This document shows positions 9,506 through 18,788 of a DNA stretch of 64,000 bases, piece by piece (the first letter of the stretch is position 1; each line of letters starts with the position of its first letter). A program made the translations under genes and the position numbers. Source of the stretch: Candidatus Woesebacteria bacterium UBA5941 (GTDB lineage Bacteria > Patescibacteriota > Microgenomatia > UBA8517); the NCBI GenBank assembly GCA_002430735.1, contig DJCV01000017.1:17238-81237 (forward strand). The letters are read 5' to 3'. The notes beneath the pieces were generated by a model. That model saw nothing but the letters and a program-made list of their open reading frames with translations. It was not told the DNA's origin and made no database searches.

Positions 9506-10204
9506 TTAGGAGAATTTTAATTCTTTTGAGTACTTGTCTGCAATTCTGGTTGGTTCAGGAAGTTTGTGTGCCTTCGTAGTGTTGATCGTCATTGTGAGGG
9601 CATCTGCCACAGAACATTTATGGCCAGGGGATATGAACAGTGGATTTGTCTTATCTTTGTTACAAAGGGCAACACCTAAGACCTCGTTTTTGTCAGATAC
9701 ATAGGTATAACTGCCCTTTATATGATCTGGTGGTGTGAATATTCCAGTCAGTCGGCTTTTCGCAACACCAATGGTTGGGATGTTCAGTGTAATACCTAAC
9801 TGTGTTGCGATTCCCATTCGCCTCGGGTGCATTATTCCTTGACCATCTACCATAATAAGCGACGGTATTTTGTGTAATTTCTTAAACGCTTCTAAAAGGT
9901 TTGGTATTTCGCGAAATGACAGAAACCCTGGAATGTAGGGAAGAGTAAGTGTTGAGATATGAGACACAACCTCTATTTCGGTAAGTTCTGGATACGTTAA
10001 TAAAACAAAAACAGACAGAATCTTATCCTCCATAATTGAGCTGTCACATCCAGCTATATAATCAATTTTTTTCGGCAGTGGTGTAAGTATTATTTGTTTC
10101 CGGAGTTCATTTTGCTGTTTTGTAAGGCTCGCAAGTACACCTGGTGCAATAACCGCTCGTTTTCGAGAATACCAACCCATAGCGGAGTATATCTCGTATT
10201 TCAT
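9506..10204 (-). CDS. nfi: Endonuclease V (deoxyinosine 3' endonuclease)
   Basis: AGCDSS, PYIPGFLSFRE, MVDGQGIMHPRRMGIA, IGVAKSRL, SPGH, LPEPTRIAD; start approximate. Confidence 0.95.
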   Translation of the reverse strand: MKYEIYSAMGWYSRKRAVIAPGVLASLTKQQNELRKQIILTPLPKKIDYIAGCDSSIMEDKILSVFVLLTYPELTEIEVVSHISTLTLPYIPGFLSFREIPNLLEAFKKLHKIPSLIMVDGQGIMHPRRMGIATQLGITLNIPTIGVAKSRLTGIFTPPDHIKGSYTYVSDKNEVLGVALCNKDKTNPLFISPGHKCSVADALTMTINTTKAHKLPEPTRIADKYSKELKFS

Positions 10205-10251
10205 TGTATGCACCAATGCGTATTCAACTCCTCCTTTGCTATACTCAATTT

Positions 10252-10860
10252 ATGGATAAACCCATGGTTCCAGATGAAACAGTAAAGAAAGCCACGAATA
10301 AAACGTGGAATGAATGGGTAGTCCTTCTTGATTCCAAGGGAGCAGAAAAAATGACTCATTCGGACATTGTTAAAACCTTAGCAGAAAAAGATTTAATCGA
10401 AAGTAGTTGGTGGAGACAAATGGTTGCAAACGGGTACGAACGATTAAAAGGAAAACGAGTACTTGGCCAAACGACAACGCAGGGTTTTGAAGTAGGCGCA
10501 CAGCGTACAATGCCTATTTCAGGGGATAAAGCATGGAAATTGATCACATCTAATGTGGGTCGCAAAGAATGGCTCGGCACAGCACAAGTCACTCTATCAA
10601 AAGGCGAAACATTCAAAACACTCGACGGCGTTGAAGGTGAAATTCGAGTAGTAAACAAACAGAAGAATATTCGGGTATTCTGGAAGCCACGACTCTGGAA
10701 GCGTCATTCAATACTGCAAGTGCGAGTCGAATCTCGAGGGGATAAAAGTGTCGTCGGTTTCCATCATGAGCATTTACCAAATGCTAAAGCAAGAAAGGTG
10801 ATGCTTAATCACTGGCAGGCAGTGCTTCAAAAACTTGCGACAATGGTTCCAGCCTCATAA
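10252..10860 (+). CDS. DUF4287-like N-terminus + SRPBCC/START domain protein
   Basis: VKKATNKTWNEW..H..WWRQMV..YE, FHHEHLP..W; TATACT 6 nt before ATG. Confidence 0.75.
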   Translation: MDKPMVPDETVKKATNKTWNEWVVLLDSKGAEKMTHSDIVKTLAEKDLIESSWWRQMVANGYERLKGKRVLGQTTTQGFEVGAQRTMPISGDKAWKLITSNVGRKEWLGTAQVTLSKGETFKTLDGVEGEIRVVNKQKNIRVFWKPRLWKRHSILQVRVESRGDKSVVGFHHEHLPNAKARKVMLNHWQAVLQKLATMVPAS

Positions 10861-10934
10861 CAAGGGTTCGTTGTATTTGCCATTGACAGTGTTTTCTCAG
10901 GAGATCTACAGTGAACAGAGGAGGTGATTCATTT

Positions 10935-11174
10935 ATGAAAAGTACTGCTTGGTTACACGTTGTAGCTTTTACTCTAGTCGTAATTGGTGCAATTAATTGG
11001 GGTCTTGTTGGTTTATTGAATGTCAATTTAGTTGAGATGGTCTTTGGCGTTTCAATGCTCACTCAACTCGTGTATGTGCTCGTTGGTCTCTCTGGTCTTT
11101 ACCTGGTGTTCTGTCACAAAGAGGACTGTCGAAGTTGTGAAATGCTTATGAAGACTACTAAGAAAAGAAAGTAA
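10935..11174 (+). CDS. DUF378 family membrane protein
   Basis: LVVIGAINWGLVGL..NLV..VYVLVGLSGLY; GAGGAGGTG SD. Confidence 0.9.
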   Translation: MKSTAWLHVVAFTLVVIGAINWGLVGLLNVNLVEMVFGVSMLTQLVYVLVGLSGLYLVFCHKEDCRSCEMLMKTTKKRK

Positions 11175-11248
11175 CGAAATATGATGAGTGATTCGTTAGC
11201 CGCGAAGAGCTCGTCATTTTCCTCGGTGAAAATGATATCTATTGTGTA

Positions 11249-12394
11249 TTATTGAGTTTGATTTGGTGCTGTCGTCGGCTGTGCTTCTTGGCTTGTTAAC
11301 TGTGTTTTTACGTATTCTTGAATGCTGGTCCAATCATCAATGCCGCTCTTAGGAATCAAGATATACTGTCGATCCGCACTATATGTTTCAGTTAAGACGT
11401 TATCAGTAGTCAACGCAATTGAGCTTACAGTATATGTTTTGTAGTCATTTATTTGGCTTGCAAACGTTTTCATTGCATCAAGTGGCATATCAGTTCGCAA
11501 GTCTCCGGCCAAGCTCTGGATAAAGGGAATAGCTTTCGGTACAAAGCCGATTTGAAGTACCTTGTTTTTAACGGCAAGCATAATTTCCTTTTGTCGGTTG
11601 CTCCGGGAGAAGTCACTGCCATCTTGCAGAGCATGACGGGAACGAGCAAATTTGAGCGCAGTTTCGCCATCCATATGAACAACCCCTCGATCAAATTTTA
11701 ATGCCTCGTAGCGACACATAAAGCTGTGTTCGAGTATTTCACCTGATAATGTTGCGGTTAATGCCTTTACATCATCTTCAGAGAAGCCACAGGTGTCAGT
11801 TTCTTTGCCAGTGATTGGAAAGTATGGATCTTCAAATGGTTTTGAGACGTTTACATCAACGCCACCTAAAATATCAATCGACTTCTTAAAACCTTCAAAA
11901 TCTAAGCTGACAAAATAGCGAACAGGGATTCCAAATATTTCTTGCACAACATGCTTCGCAAGAATTCCTCCACCTGCAAGACCTGTGTATTCAGTGGGCT
12001 TATTCGGGTAATTTCGATCATCGATTCCAATTGCATACGCGTGATTAATTTTATAGTGATCAACTTTTGGATTATTGATTGGGAGCGGTACCCAGAGGTC
12101 TCGGGGGATAGAGATTAAACTCACATGTTTTACTCGAGGGTTTACGACACCAAGAATCATGGTGTCACTTAAAAATCCGCCCTTTGAATTATCCCCACGT
12201 AGTCCGAGAAGGAGTACTCCATATGGAGCTAATGGATCAGGGGTTGGGGTAGGTGAGGATACCGCAACTCCCGGGTTTGGAGTGACAATAATCTGGCTAA
12301 TGGTATTTCGGAATGTGAAGTATGCAACGCTTATTAAGAATCCAACTGCGAAGAGAGCAAAAATCGACGCAACGGTGAGAAATTTGGTGCGCAT
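11249..12394 (-). CDS. LCP (LytR-CpsA-Psr) family glycopolymer transferase
   Basis: LLLG..SDTM, ISIPRDLWV, KINHAY, ALKFARSRH, DFSRSNRQ; N-terminal TM. Confidence 0.93.
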   Translation of the reverse strand: MRTKFLTVASIFALFAVGFLISVAYFTFRNTISQIIVTPNPGVAVSSPTPTPDPLAPYGVLLLGLRGDNSKGGFLSDTMILGVVNPRVKHVSLISIPRDLWVPLPINNPKVDHYKINHAYAIGIDDRNYPNKPTEYTGLAGGGILAKHVVQEIFGIPVRYFVSLDFEGFKKSIDILGGVDVNVSKPFEDPYFPITGKETDTCGFSEDDVKALTATLSGEILEHSFMCRYEALKFDRGVVHMDGETALKFARSRHALQDGSDFSRSNRQKEIMLAVKNKVLQIGFVPKAIPFIQSLAGDLRTDMPLDAMKTFASQINDYKTYTVSSIALTTDNVLTETYSADRQYILIPKSGIDDWTSIQEYVKTQLTSQEAQPTTAPNQTQ

Positions 12395-12417
12395 ACGGAT
12401 TAGTATACAATAGCGCT

Positions 12418-12723
12418 ATGAGTTTGATCATTATTGTACTCATTTTACTGTGGTTTCTCGGCTACATTACGATCCCAGGAATTGCAGTTCCTCAATTTCC
12501 TCTTTTTCAGTTTAATGGGAAGCCAGTCACATTGTGGGATATTGTTATTTTCCTGGTCATTCTCTGGGCGATTGAAAGTGCACCCTCTCCGATACGTAAG
12601 ATCTGTATTGTGCTTGTTATTGTCTGGACTCTCTCAACACTACATATTATTGCAATCACTGGGCTATCAACGATTTTAGTGGTAGCCGTCATTGGAGGAC
12701 TGGTTCTCAGTTTGTTTAAATAA
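12418..12723 (+). CDS. Small multi-pass membrane hypothetical protein
   Basis: 101 aa, 4 hydrophobic segments; TACAAT 6 nt before ATG. Confidence 0.7.
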   Translation: MSLIIIVLILLWFLGYITIPGIAVPQFPLFQFNGKPVTLWDIVIFLVILWAIESAPSPIRKICIVLVIVWTLSTLHIIAITGLSTILVVAVIGGLVLSLFK

Positions 12724-12800
12724 GAAGAATATGGTATACTACCCTGTAACAATTTAATAAAGAAAGCTTCTTCATTTGATAAGCTCGAAATCTTTAAGAT

Positions 12801-13610
12801 ATGAAAGATACTCAATTAATCGCTGAACGAGGACAGACAGACATTCACGTTCCAGCTAATAAAAATGAACTTCTCGAAAAGGCACTCGTTATGGTGAATA
12901 CCAACGAGGAAATTAAAACCCTTTGGAGGATTACTAACGTAAATGCTATGGATCGGCTTCGATGGGCTGATCATGGTTCTGTGCATTTTCAAATAGTAGC
13001 AAATATTTCTCTTCGTTTAGCTCGAATTTTACACAAGCACGGAGTAGAAATGTCTATTACCAAGAATTTCGGATTAAGTTATGAGCATGCGGAACTTGTC
13101 ATCTTTCTCGCAAGCTTATTCCACGATTTGGGAATGTCTATTAATCGAAACGGTCACGAAGAATTTAGCTTAATCATTGCAAATAATTTAATGCGTGAGA
13201 ATCTTAACTTCTTAACGTTAGAAGAGAGAACTATTGTGACGAGTGAAGTACTGCATGCCATTATTAACCACCGAGATGATGGTAATCCATTAACTATTGA
13301 AGCAGGAATTGTCATGATTGGAGATGCGCTTGATATGAGTCAAGGAAGAAGCAGACTTGGTGTTGAAGATGGCGCTGTAAACATTCATTCAATTTCAGCA
13401 TATGCAATTAATAATGTTGAAATTAATGAGGGAACAGACAAAGCAATTGAAATCGATATTTATATGAATAACTCCTCTGGACTATTCCAAGTAGATGAGC
13501 TTTTAAAGCATAAAATAAAAGGGAGTGGTCTTGAAAAGTATTTGAATGTAAAGGCAATGGTTGTCGGAAAGACTGAAAAGAAAATTCTCAAAGAATTCAT
13601 TTTAAAGTAA
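12801..13610 (+). CDS. HD-domain phosphohydrolase
   Basis: DHGSVH, FHDLG, HAIINH, GDALDM, IHSISA. Confidence 0.88.
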   Translation: MKDTQLIAERGQTDIHVPANKNELLEKALVMVNTNEEIKTLWRITNVNAMDRLRWADHGSVHFQIVANISLRLARILHKHGVEMSITKNFGLSYEHAELVIFLASLFHDLGMSINRNGHEEFSLIIANNLMRENLNFLTLEERTIVTSEVLHAIINHRDDGNPLTIEAGIVMIGDALDMSQGRSRLGVEDGAVNIHSISAYAINNVEINEGTDKAIEIDIYMNNSSGLFQVDELLKHKIKGSGLEKYLNVKAMVVGKTEKKILKEFILK

Positions 13611-13682
13611 CACTTTTTCTCTTACTTCATTCTTACAGGAGTAGTATCCCTCTTCATACGCTCATCAATTAACCTTTAGGTA

Positions 13683-13793
13683 ATGAATACGGCAGATATC
13701 TTTTACACAGTCGCCACAATATTTATGATCCTGCATCTTATCTTTGTTGGATTTATTATCTGGTACATTTTGCGCTCAGTCCGGGAATTTTGA
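13683..13793 (+). CDS. 36 aa single-TM peptide (not in ORF track)
   Basis: MNTADIFYTVATIFMILHLIFVGFIIWYILRSVREF; AGGT upstream. Confidence 0.45.
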   Translation: MNTADIFYTVATIFMILHLIFVGFIIWYILRSVREF

Positions 13794-13821
13794 AAAGCAT
13801 TAGAGGAGGGGGTGAGCAAAA

Positions 13822-14136
13822 GTGAACCACAATAAACAAGGACAGACTGCTGCAGGTGGAATAATGAAAAGTGCGTTAGCTGGTATGGCTATTGGTGCCG
13901 CCGCAGTTGTGTTATCTAAAAAAGAAAACCGCAAAAAAGTTCAGAGCAAGATGACTGAATTATTAGATATGATGAAAGCACAATCATTTTCAGAGAAGAA
14001 ACGTAATCTTATGAGTAGTGTTGCAAGTATGAGCGCTCAAATAGAATTATTAAAACGAAAGAAAGAATTTGAATCGCTTGATGAAGGTCTTAAAGAATCA
14101 ATTGAACGACTGTCTGAACGAATGACTCGCTTATGA
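13822..14136 (+). CDS. YtxH-like hypothetical protein
   Basis: ALAGMAIGAAAVVLSKKENRKK then coiled coil; GAGGAGGGGGTG SD. Confidence 0.6.
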   Translation: MNHNKQGQTAAGGIMKSALAGMAIGAAAVVLSKKENRKKVQSKMTELLDMMKAQSFSEKKRNLMSSVASMSAQIELLKRKKEFESLDEGLKESIERLSERMTRL

Positions 14137-14179
14137 CTTCAGCTAAAATTGTTTTTCGAAGAAGTGAAGCAAAAGTAAA

Positions 14180-14842
14180 TTACCACTCAATAGGATCCAT
14201 ATTATGCATGATTAAGTATGCATTCGCCTGACTAAACGGACGACTTCCAAAAAACCCATTGTCGGCAGAAAACGGGGACGGATGTGCAGCTTTAAGCACT
14301 AAATGTCTTTGTGAATCAATAATTTGGCCTTTCTTTTGTGCATACGACCCCCACAACATAAATACCAGATGTTCCTTTTTACTATTGAGAAGTGAAATGA
14401 CGCTGTCCGTAAATTCCTCCCACCCTTTCTGCTGGTGACTCCCGGGTTTCCCAGACTCAACCGTAAGGGTTGCATTTAAAAGGAGCACACCTTGTTCAGC
14501 CCACCGTGACAAATCTCCTGAAGGAGAGATTTCAGTCCCGATGTCACTTTTTAGTTCCTTATAAATATTTGCCAGTGAAGGTGGAGTTCTCACACCTTCA
14601 ATAACGGAAAACGAGAGCCCATGTGCTTGTCGTGCACCGTGATACGGATCTTGGCCAAGAATGACAACTCGGACGTTCTCAAATGGGGTTTTATTAAAAG
14701 CTGCAAAGATTTGTCCTGCTGGTGGATATATTTCTTTTGTTTGATATTCGCTTTTAACAAATGAAACCAGGCTTTTGAAATACGGTTTTTCAAATTCATC
14801 TGACAGAACTTCTTTCCAACTAGGCTCGATTTTCACATTCAT
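14180..14842 (-). CDS. ung: Uracil-DNA glycosylase family 1
   Basis: VILGQDPYHG, AHGLSFSV, PPSLANIYKEL, GVLLLN, HPSPFS. Confidence 0.97.
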   Translation of the reverse strand: MNVKIEPSWKEVLSDEFEKPYFKSLVSFVKSEYQTKEIYPPAGQIFAAFNKTPFENVRVVILGQDPYHGARQAHGLSFSVIEGVRTPPSLANIYKELKSDIGTEISPSGDLSRWAEQGVLLLNATLTVESGKPGSHQQKGWEEFTDSVISLLNSKKEHLVFMLWGSYAQKKGQIIDSQRHLVLKAAHPSPFSADNGFFGSRPFSQANAYLIMHNMDPIEW

Positions 14843-14889
14843 GTAATTTCGATTATACTATCGTCGTAGGAAAGTGTGAGGAGGATAGA

Positions 14890-15117
14890 ATGTCAGTGAA
14901 GGTTCCTGAACACATGTATGAATGGGTGTTGTTTAGTGCGACCGGGTGGCTTGATCGTGATTTCAATGTTCATGAGTTTGAATCATACGATCAGTGTGTT
15001 CGCCACCGTAAGTTTCTTCGCACTGTGCGAAAGCTTATTGAAAAGGGCACTGTCATCCGGGCGGTGGAAGTGGTAAAGCTCAAAAATGGGTGGAGCCCTT
15101 ACAACGAAATCCGTTGA
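14890..15117 (+). CDS. 75 aa hypothetical protein (ORFan cassette)
   Basis: TATACT, leader, GAGGAGG SD, own terminator downstream. Confidence 0.65.
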   Translation: MSVKVPEHMYEWVLFSATGWLDRDFNVHEFESYDQCVRHRKFLRTVRKLIEKGTVIRAVEVVKLKNGWSPYNEIR

Positions 15118-15127
15118 TCGTTAGTCG

Positions 15128-15155
15128 TGGGGCGTCTGTACGCCCCATTTTTTTT
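15128..15155 (+). terminator. Intrinsic terminator
   Basis: TGGGGCGT-ctgt-ACGCCCCA-T8. Confidence 0.85.
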
Positions 15156-15195
15156 GGACTATAATTACAAATGAGTGTAGAATACGAGCTCAACA

Positions 15196-16215
15196 ATGGA
15201 AACATCAAAGAAAACACCGTTTTATAAAAAGAAAAAAGTCTGGGCAATTGCATTAGTTGCTATTGCTCTTTTCTTCTTTATCCGAACAATCTCAAGCAAA
15301 AACAGTGAACCGCAAGAAACGGCCAAAGTTGAGCGCGGGCAAGTAAAAGAGGAACTCGTTTTGTCAGGTGAAATTAAGGCGGTAAATAAAGCCGATTTGG
15401 CGTTCGGGTCTTCAGGCATTTTGTCCTGGGTAGGAGTGAAGTCTGGTGATCAAGTGAAACGAGGCCAAGCCTTAGCTAAGCTTGATACTACAGCTCTAAA
15501 TAGTGCCTATCTTCAAAGTCTTTCAAATTTGAGAGCGGCTGATGCTACGGTAGCTCGAGTACACGATGATTTGAAAAATAAAGATACGACCGAAAGCTTT
15601 ACCGAACGAGAAACTCGTGTCCTCGCTGAAAGTGCAAAAGACAAATCATATGATGCGATGGTCGCAGCACAAAAAGCGCTCCGTGATGCAACCATTACGG
15701 CACCTTTTGACGGTCTTGTGACTGTAATTACAAATGAGACTCCTGGGTTAAATGTAACGGTTGGTACACCTCAAGTAGAAGTGGTTGATCCAAAATCAAT
15801 TTATTTTTCAGTGAATGCAGACCAAACCGAAGTGTCTCGATTTAAAATTGGAGAAACAGCAACCGTTTCCTTGGATGCATTCGGGGATGACCAATTCACC
15901 GGAACTATCACCGCTATTTCTTTTACTCCAAGTGCTGTTGACTCAGGCACTGTATATCCAATGCGACTAACACTCAAAGTTGATAACAGTAATTATAAGT
16001 ATCGCGTTGGATTAACAGGGGATGCACAGTTTGTCTTATCACAAAAAGATAATGTGTTATTTGTACCGAACAATTTCATTAAAAATGACCGCGATGGAAA
16101 ATACGTGTTAGTGGGAGATGGAACAGAGAAAAAGTACATTGAAGTTGGTATCCAAGGAGATGAGCGTACTGAGGTAAGTGGTGACATTACTGAAGGCACG
16201 GTCATTTACAATTAA
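15196..16215 (+). CDS. Efflux periplasmic adaptor subunit (MacA/HlyD-like)
   Basis: N-terminal TM, VKSGDQVKRGQALAKLD lipoyl half, helical hairpin, ITAPFDG. Confidence 0.9.
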   Translation: METSKKTPFYKKKKVWAIALVAIALFFFIRTISSKNSEPQETAKVERGQVKEELVLSGEIKAVNKADLAFGSSGILSWVGVKSGDQVKRGQALAKLDTTALNSAYLQSLSNLRAADATVARVHDDLKNKDTTESFTERETRVLAESAKDKSYDAMVAAQKALRDATITAPFDGLVTVITNETPGLNVTVGTPQVEVVDPKSIYFSVNADQTEVSRFKIGETATVSLDAFGDDQFTGTITAISFTPSAVDSGTVYPMRLTLKVDNSNYKYRVGLTGDAQFVLSQKDNVLFVPNNFIKNDRDGKYVLVGDGTEKKYIEVGIQGDERTEVSGDITEGTVIYN

Positions 16216-16220
16216 TCCCC

Positions 16221-16895
16221 ATGATTGAAGCAAAAAATGTGAGTAAGGTGTACTCAGTGGCAGATGGTGACTTCTATGCACTAAAGGATGTATCCGTTTC
16301 TATAAAAGATAAAGAGTATGTGAGTATTCTTGGTACCTCAGGAAGTGGTAAATCAACTCTCATGCATATTATTGGCCTTTTGGACCGTCCCACCAGTGGT
16401 GAAATCTTAATTGACGGAAAAAAGATTGAAACATTTTCAGATAATCAGCTCTCGACCATACGAGGGCAAAAAATAGGGTTTGTTTTCCAGCAATTTAATC
16501 TCATTCAAAAATTAACAGTACTTGAGAATATTTTGCTCCCAACTGTCTATGCAAAACATAAGATGCAATTTAACGCAAAAGAATACGCAATGGAGCTTCT
16601 TAAGCGATTTGGAATTGAACATCGCGCTGATTTTTATCCCAATAAACTTTCTGGAGGACAACAGCAACGCGTGGCAATTGCGCGAGCGCTGATTATGAAA
16701 CCAACCATTGTGTTAGCTGATGAGCCAACTGGAAACTTGGATAGTAAAACAGGTGAGGAAATTCTTCAGTTACTTGAAACACTCAATAAAGAATTAGGAG
16801 TCACTATTTGTATCGTGACCCACGACAAAACAGTTGCACATCGTACAAAGAGACAAATCTTTGTAAAAGACGGCGAGATTGTGAAGAAATACTAA
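16221..16895 (+). CDS. ABC ATP-binding protein (MacB/LolD type)
   Basis: [44 protein letters not shown]. Confidence 0.95.
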   Translation: MIEAKNVSKVYSVADGDFYALKDVSVSIKDKEYVSILGTSGSGKSTLMHIIGLLDRPTSGEILIDGKKIETFSDNQLSTIRGQKIGFVFQQFNLIQKLTVLENILLPTVYAKHKMQFNAKEYAMELLKRFGIEHRADFYPNKLSGGQQQRVAIARALIMKPTIVLADEPTGNLDSKTGEEILQLLETLNKELGVTICIVTHDKTVAHRTKRQIFVKDGEIVKKY

Positions 16896-16899
16896 TTCC

Positions 16900-18108
16900 A
16901 TGAAATATCTATCATTCCATTTAAGAACGGCACTAAAGAATTTCGGACGCAACAAAGTCCGCACGTTTTTGACTTCTTTAGGGATTTTAATAGGGGTGCT
17001 TTCAGTCGTTATTTTAATTGCGTTGGGAGTCGGACTTCGAAACTATATTGAAGGGCAGTTCGCGAGCTTAGGCACAAATCTTATATTCGTTTTACCAGGT
17101 CAGGTATTGAGTGAAGGTGGAGGATTTCAAGATCCTGGAATTGGAGGAATTACCTTCGATGAACGAGACGTAAAATCGCTGCAGCGAACACCACAGGTTG
17201 AATATGTTGTTCCATTGATCAATAAACCAGTAACAGTTGAAGCTAACGGGATTAGCAAATCTGGGTCCGTTTTTGGAGGAACGGCGGATATGTTTGTAAT
17301 CTTTAATTTAGAGGCGCAGCGTGGCGAGTTGTTTACGGCATCCGATGTGGGAAAGCGCTCTAAGTCTGTGGTTATTGGAAGTACACTTGCCGTAGATTTG
17401 TTTGGTGACGTCGACAGTGCCGTTGGGCAAAAAGTCGTTGTCGCAAATCAACGATTTTCCGTTATCGGAGTATTAAAGGAAAAGGGTGGTGGAGGCTTCG
17501 GTGGGCCAAGCTATGACAGTGGTGTCTTCCTTCCGTATACAACAGCTTTTACTGGTATTTCACCGGACAAGAACTTTGCGGCCATTTATTTAGGAGCTGT
17601 TAAAGATGCCGACATTGATCAACTAGTTACTGATGCCGAGACCATTCTATTAAAGCGATATAAAAAGGATGACTTCTCAGTGGTGAAACAAACTGAAATC
17701 TTAAATGCCATCACATCCATCTTTGGAATCATTAATACTGTTCTGTTAGCAATTGGATCAATTTCATTAGTCGTTGGAGGGATTGGAATTATGAATATCA
17801 TGTACGCAAATGTGACAGAACGTACCAAAGAAGTCGGCATACGACGCGCAATTGGTGCAACTAAGCGAGATATTTTAATGCAGTTTTTAGCAGAGAGTAT
17901 TTTACTTTCCTTGTTTGGTGGAGTGGGTGGATTACTTTTAGCAGTATTGATTGTTCTTGTTGTTCAACAGTTTTTCCCACTCGCAATTAATTCGACATCT
18001 GTTGTTGCGGCCCTTGGTATTTCAACTGCTATTGGTGTGTTTTTCGGAGTCTTCCCAGCTCGTCGCGCAGCAAACCTTGCTCCAATTGAGGCGATTCGAT
18101 ACGAATAA
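16900..18108 (+). CDS. ABC permease (MacB/FtsX type)
   Basis: RTFLTSLGILIGV, ISLVVGGIGIMNIM..VTERTKEVGIRRAIGA, PARRAA.L.PIEAIRYE. Confidence 0.95.
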   Translation: MKYLSFHLRTALKNFGRNKVRTFLTSLGILIGVLSVVILIALGVGLRNYIEGQFASLGTNLIFVLPGQVLSEGGGFQDPGIGGITFDERDVKSLQRTPQVEYVVPLINKPVTVEANGISKSGSVFGGTADMFVIFNLEAQRGELFTASDVGKRSKSVVIGSTLAVDLFGDVDSAVGQKVVVANQRFSVIGVLKEKGGGGFGGPSYDSGVFLPYTTAFTGISPDKNFAAIYLGAVKDADIDQLVTDAETILLKRYKKDDFSVVKQTEILNAITSIFGIINTVLLAIGSISLVVGGIGIMNIMYANVTERTKEVGIRRAIGATKRDILMQFLAESILLSLFGGVGGLLLAVLIVLVVQQFFPLAINSTSVVAALGISTAIGVFFGVFPARRAANLAPIEAIRYE

Positions 18109-18121
18109 TCCCGAACGATTC

Positions 18122-18760
18122 TCAGTGCTTCACACTCCCAATCATTGTAGATAATGCCATGCGGTCAATTAATACACATCTATTGCTGTATGCAAGTTTT
18201 TTAGCAAGTGGGGTGTAGTAGCTATTCGTAACAACAATAGAGCTAGTACACCGATACTGTGCCATTCCAGCAACGGCATCGGACACCGCACTTCTTCCTA
18301 CTGAACCTGTATATCTCTTTACTTGAATAGCAATTCGTTCACCGTTTTTTATAGCAATCAGGTCAACACCTAGATCACCTGACACGGGGGTGCGTTCAAC
18401 TCGATATCCTTGCAGCTCGTACAGATATGCAACAAATTCCTCAAACTCAACTCCTGTCATCGCGTCTACAGAGTGAAGCGTTACGTTTTCATACCGCTTT
18501 CGTTTTACATATTGAATGGCATACACCGCTGCTACACTCAGGCCGATACACATTAGAATAATGAATGCTGCAAAAAGGATAATTTCTTCTGTGCTTAATA
18601 CAATGGTGCTCATCGACAAGGCGTATATGGTCAAAAATGCAACAATCCCCAATAGCACGATGAGTAACTGCATCGTTGAAAGTGGCTTTACAATGCGACG
18701 CCGGTAATAGGGGTATCGTTTTCGATAATATGGCTGATAGTATGTGCGTCTCATTCCCAA
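18122..18760 (-). CDS. Membrane-anchored Mrr-like restriction endonuclease domain protein
   Basis: Two TM helices then MTGVEFEE..GDLGVDL..IQVKRY..VVTNS..A..LA. Confidence 0.85.
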   Translation of the reverse strand: MGMRRTYYQPYYRKRYPYYRRRIVKPLSTMQLLIVLLGIVAFLTIYALSMSTIVLSTEEIILFAAFIILMCIGLSVAAVYAIQYVKRKRYENVTLHSVDAMTGVEFEEFVAYLYELQGYRVERTPVSGDLGVDLIAIKNGERIAIQVKRYTGSVGRSAVSDAVAGMAQYRCTSSIVVTNSYYTPLAKKLAYSNRCVLIDRMALSTMIGSVKH

Positions 18761-18788
18761 TTATACGAATTATGGTAGTGTATGTCTC

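Noticed and set aside
11175-11248. Hammerhead ribozyme suggested by TGATGAG...GAAA
   Set aside because: The core reads ATGATGA rather than CTGATGA and the three-stem geometry cannot be built.
13683-13835. UGA read-through or genetic code 25 extending the 36-aa peptide
   Set aside because: TGA ends many conserved genes at their expected C-termini (pyk, pgk, Fic), so code 11 applies.
18122-18760. Defence island around the Mrr-like gene
   Set aside because: Solitary gene between an ABC permease and mutY, with no methylase or other defence genes nearby.
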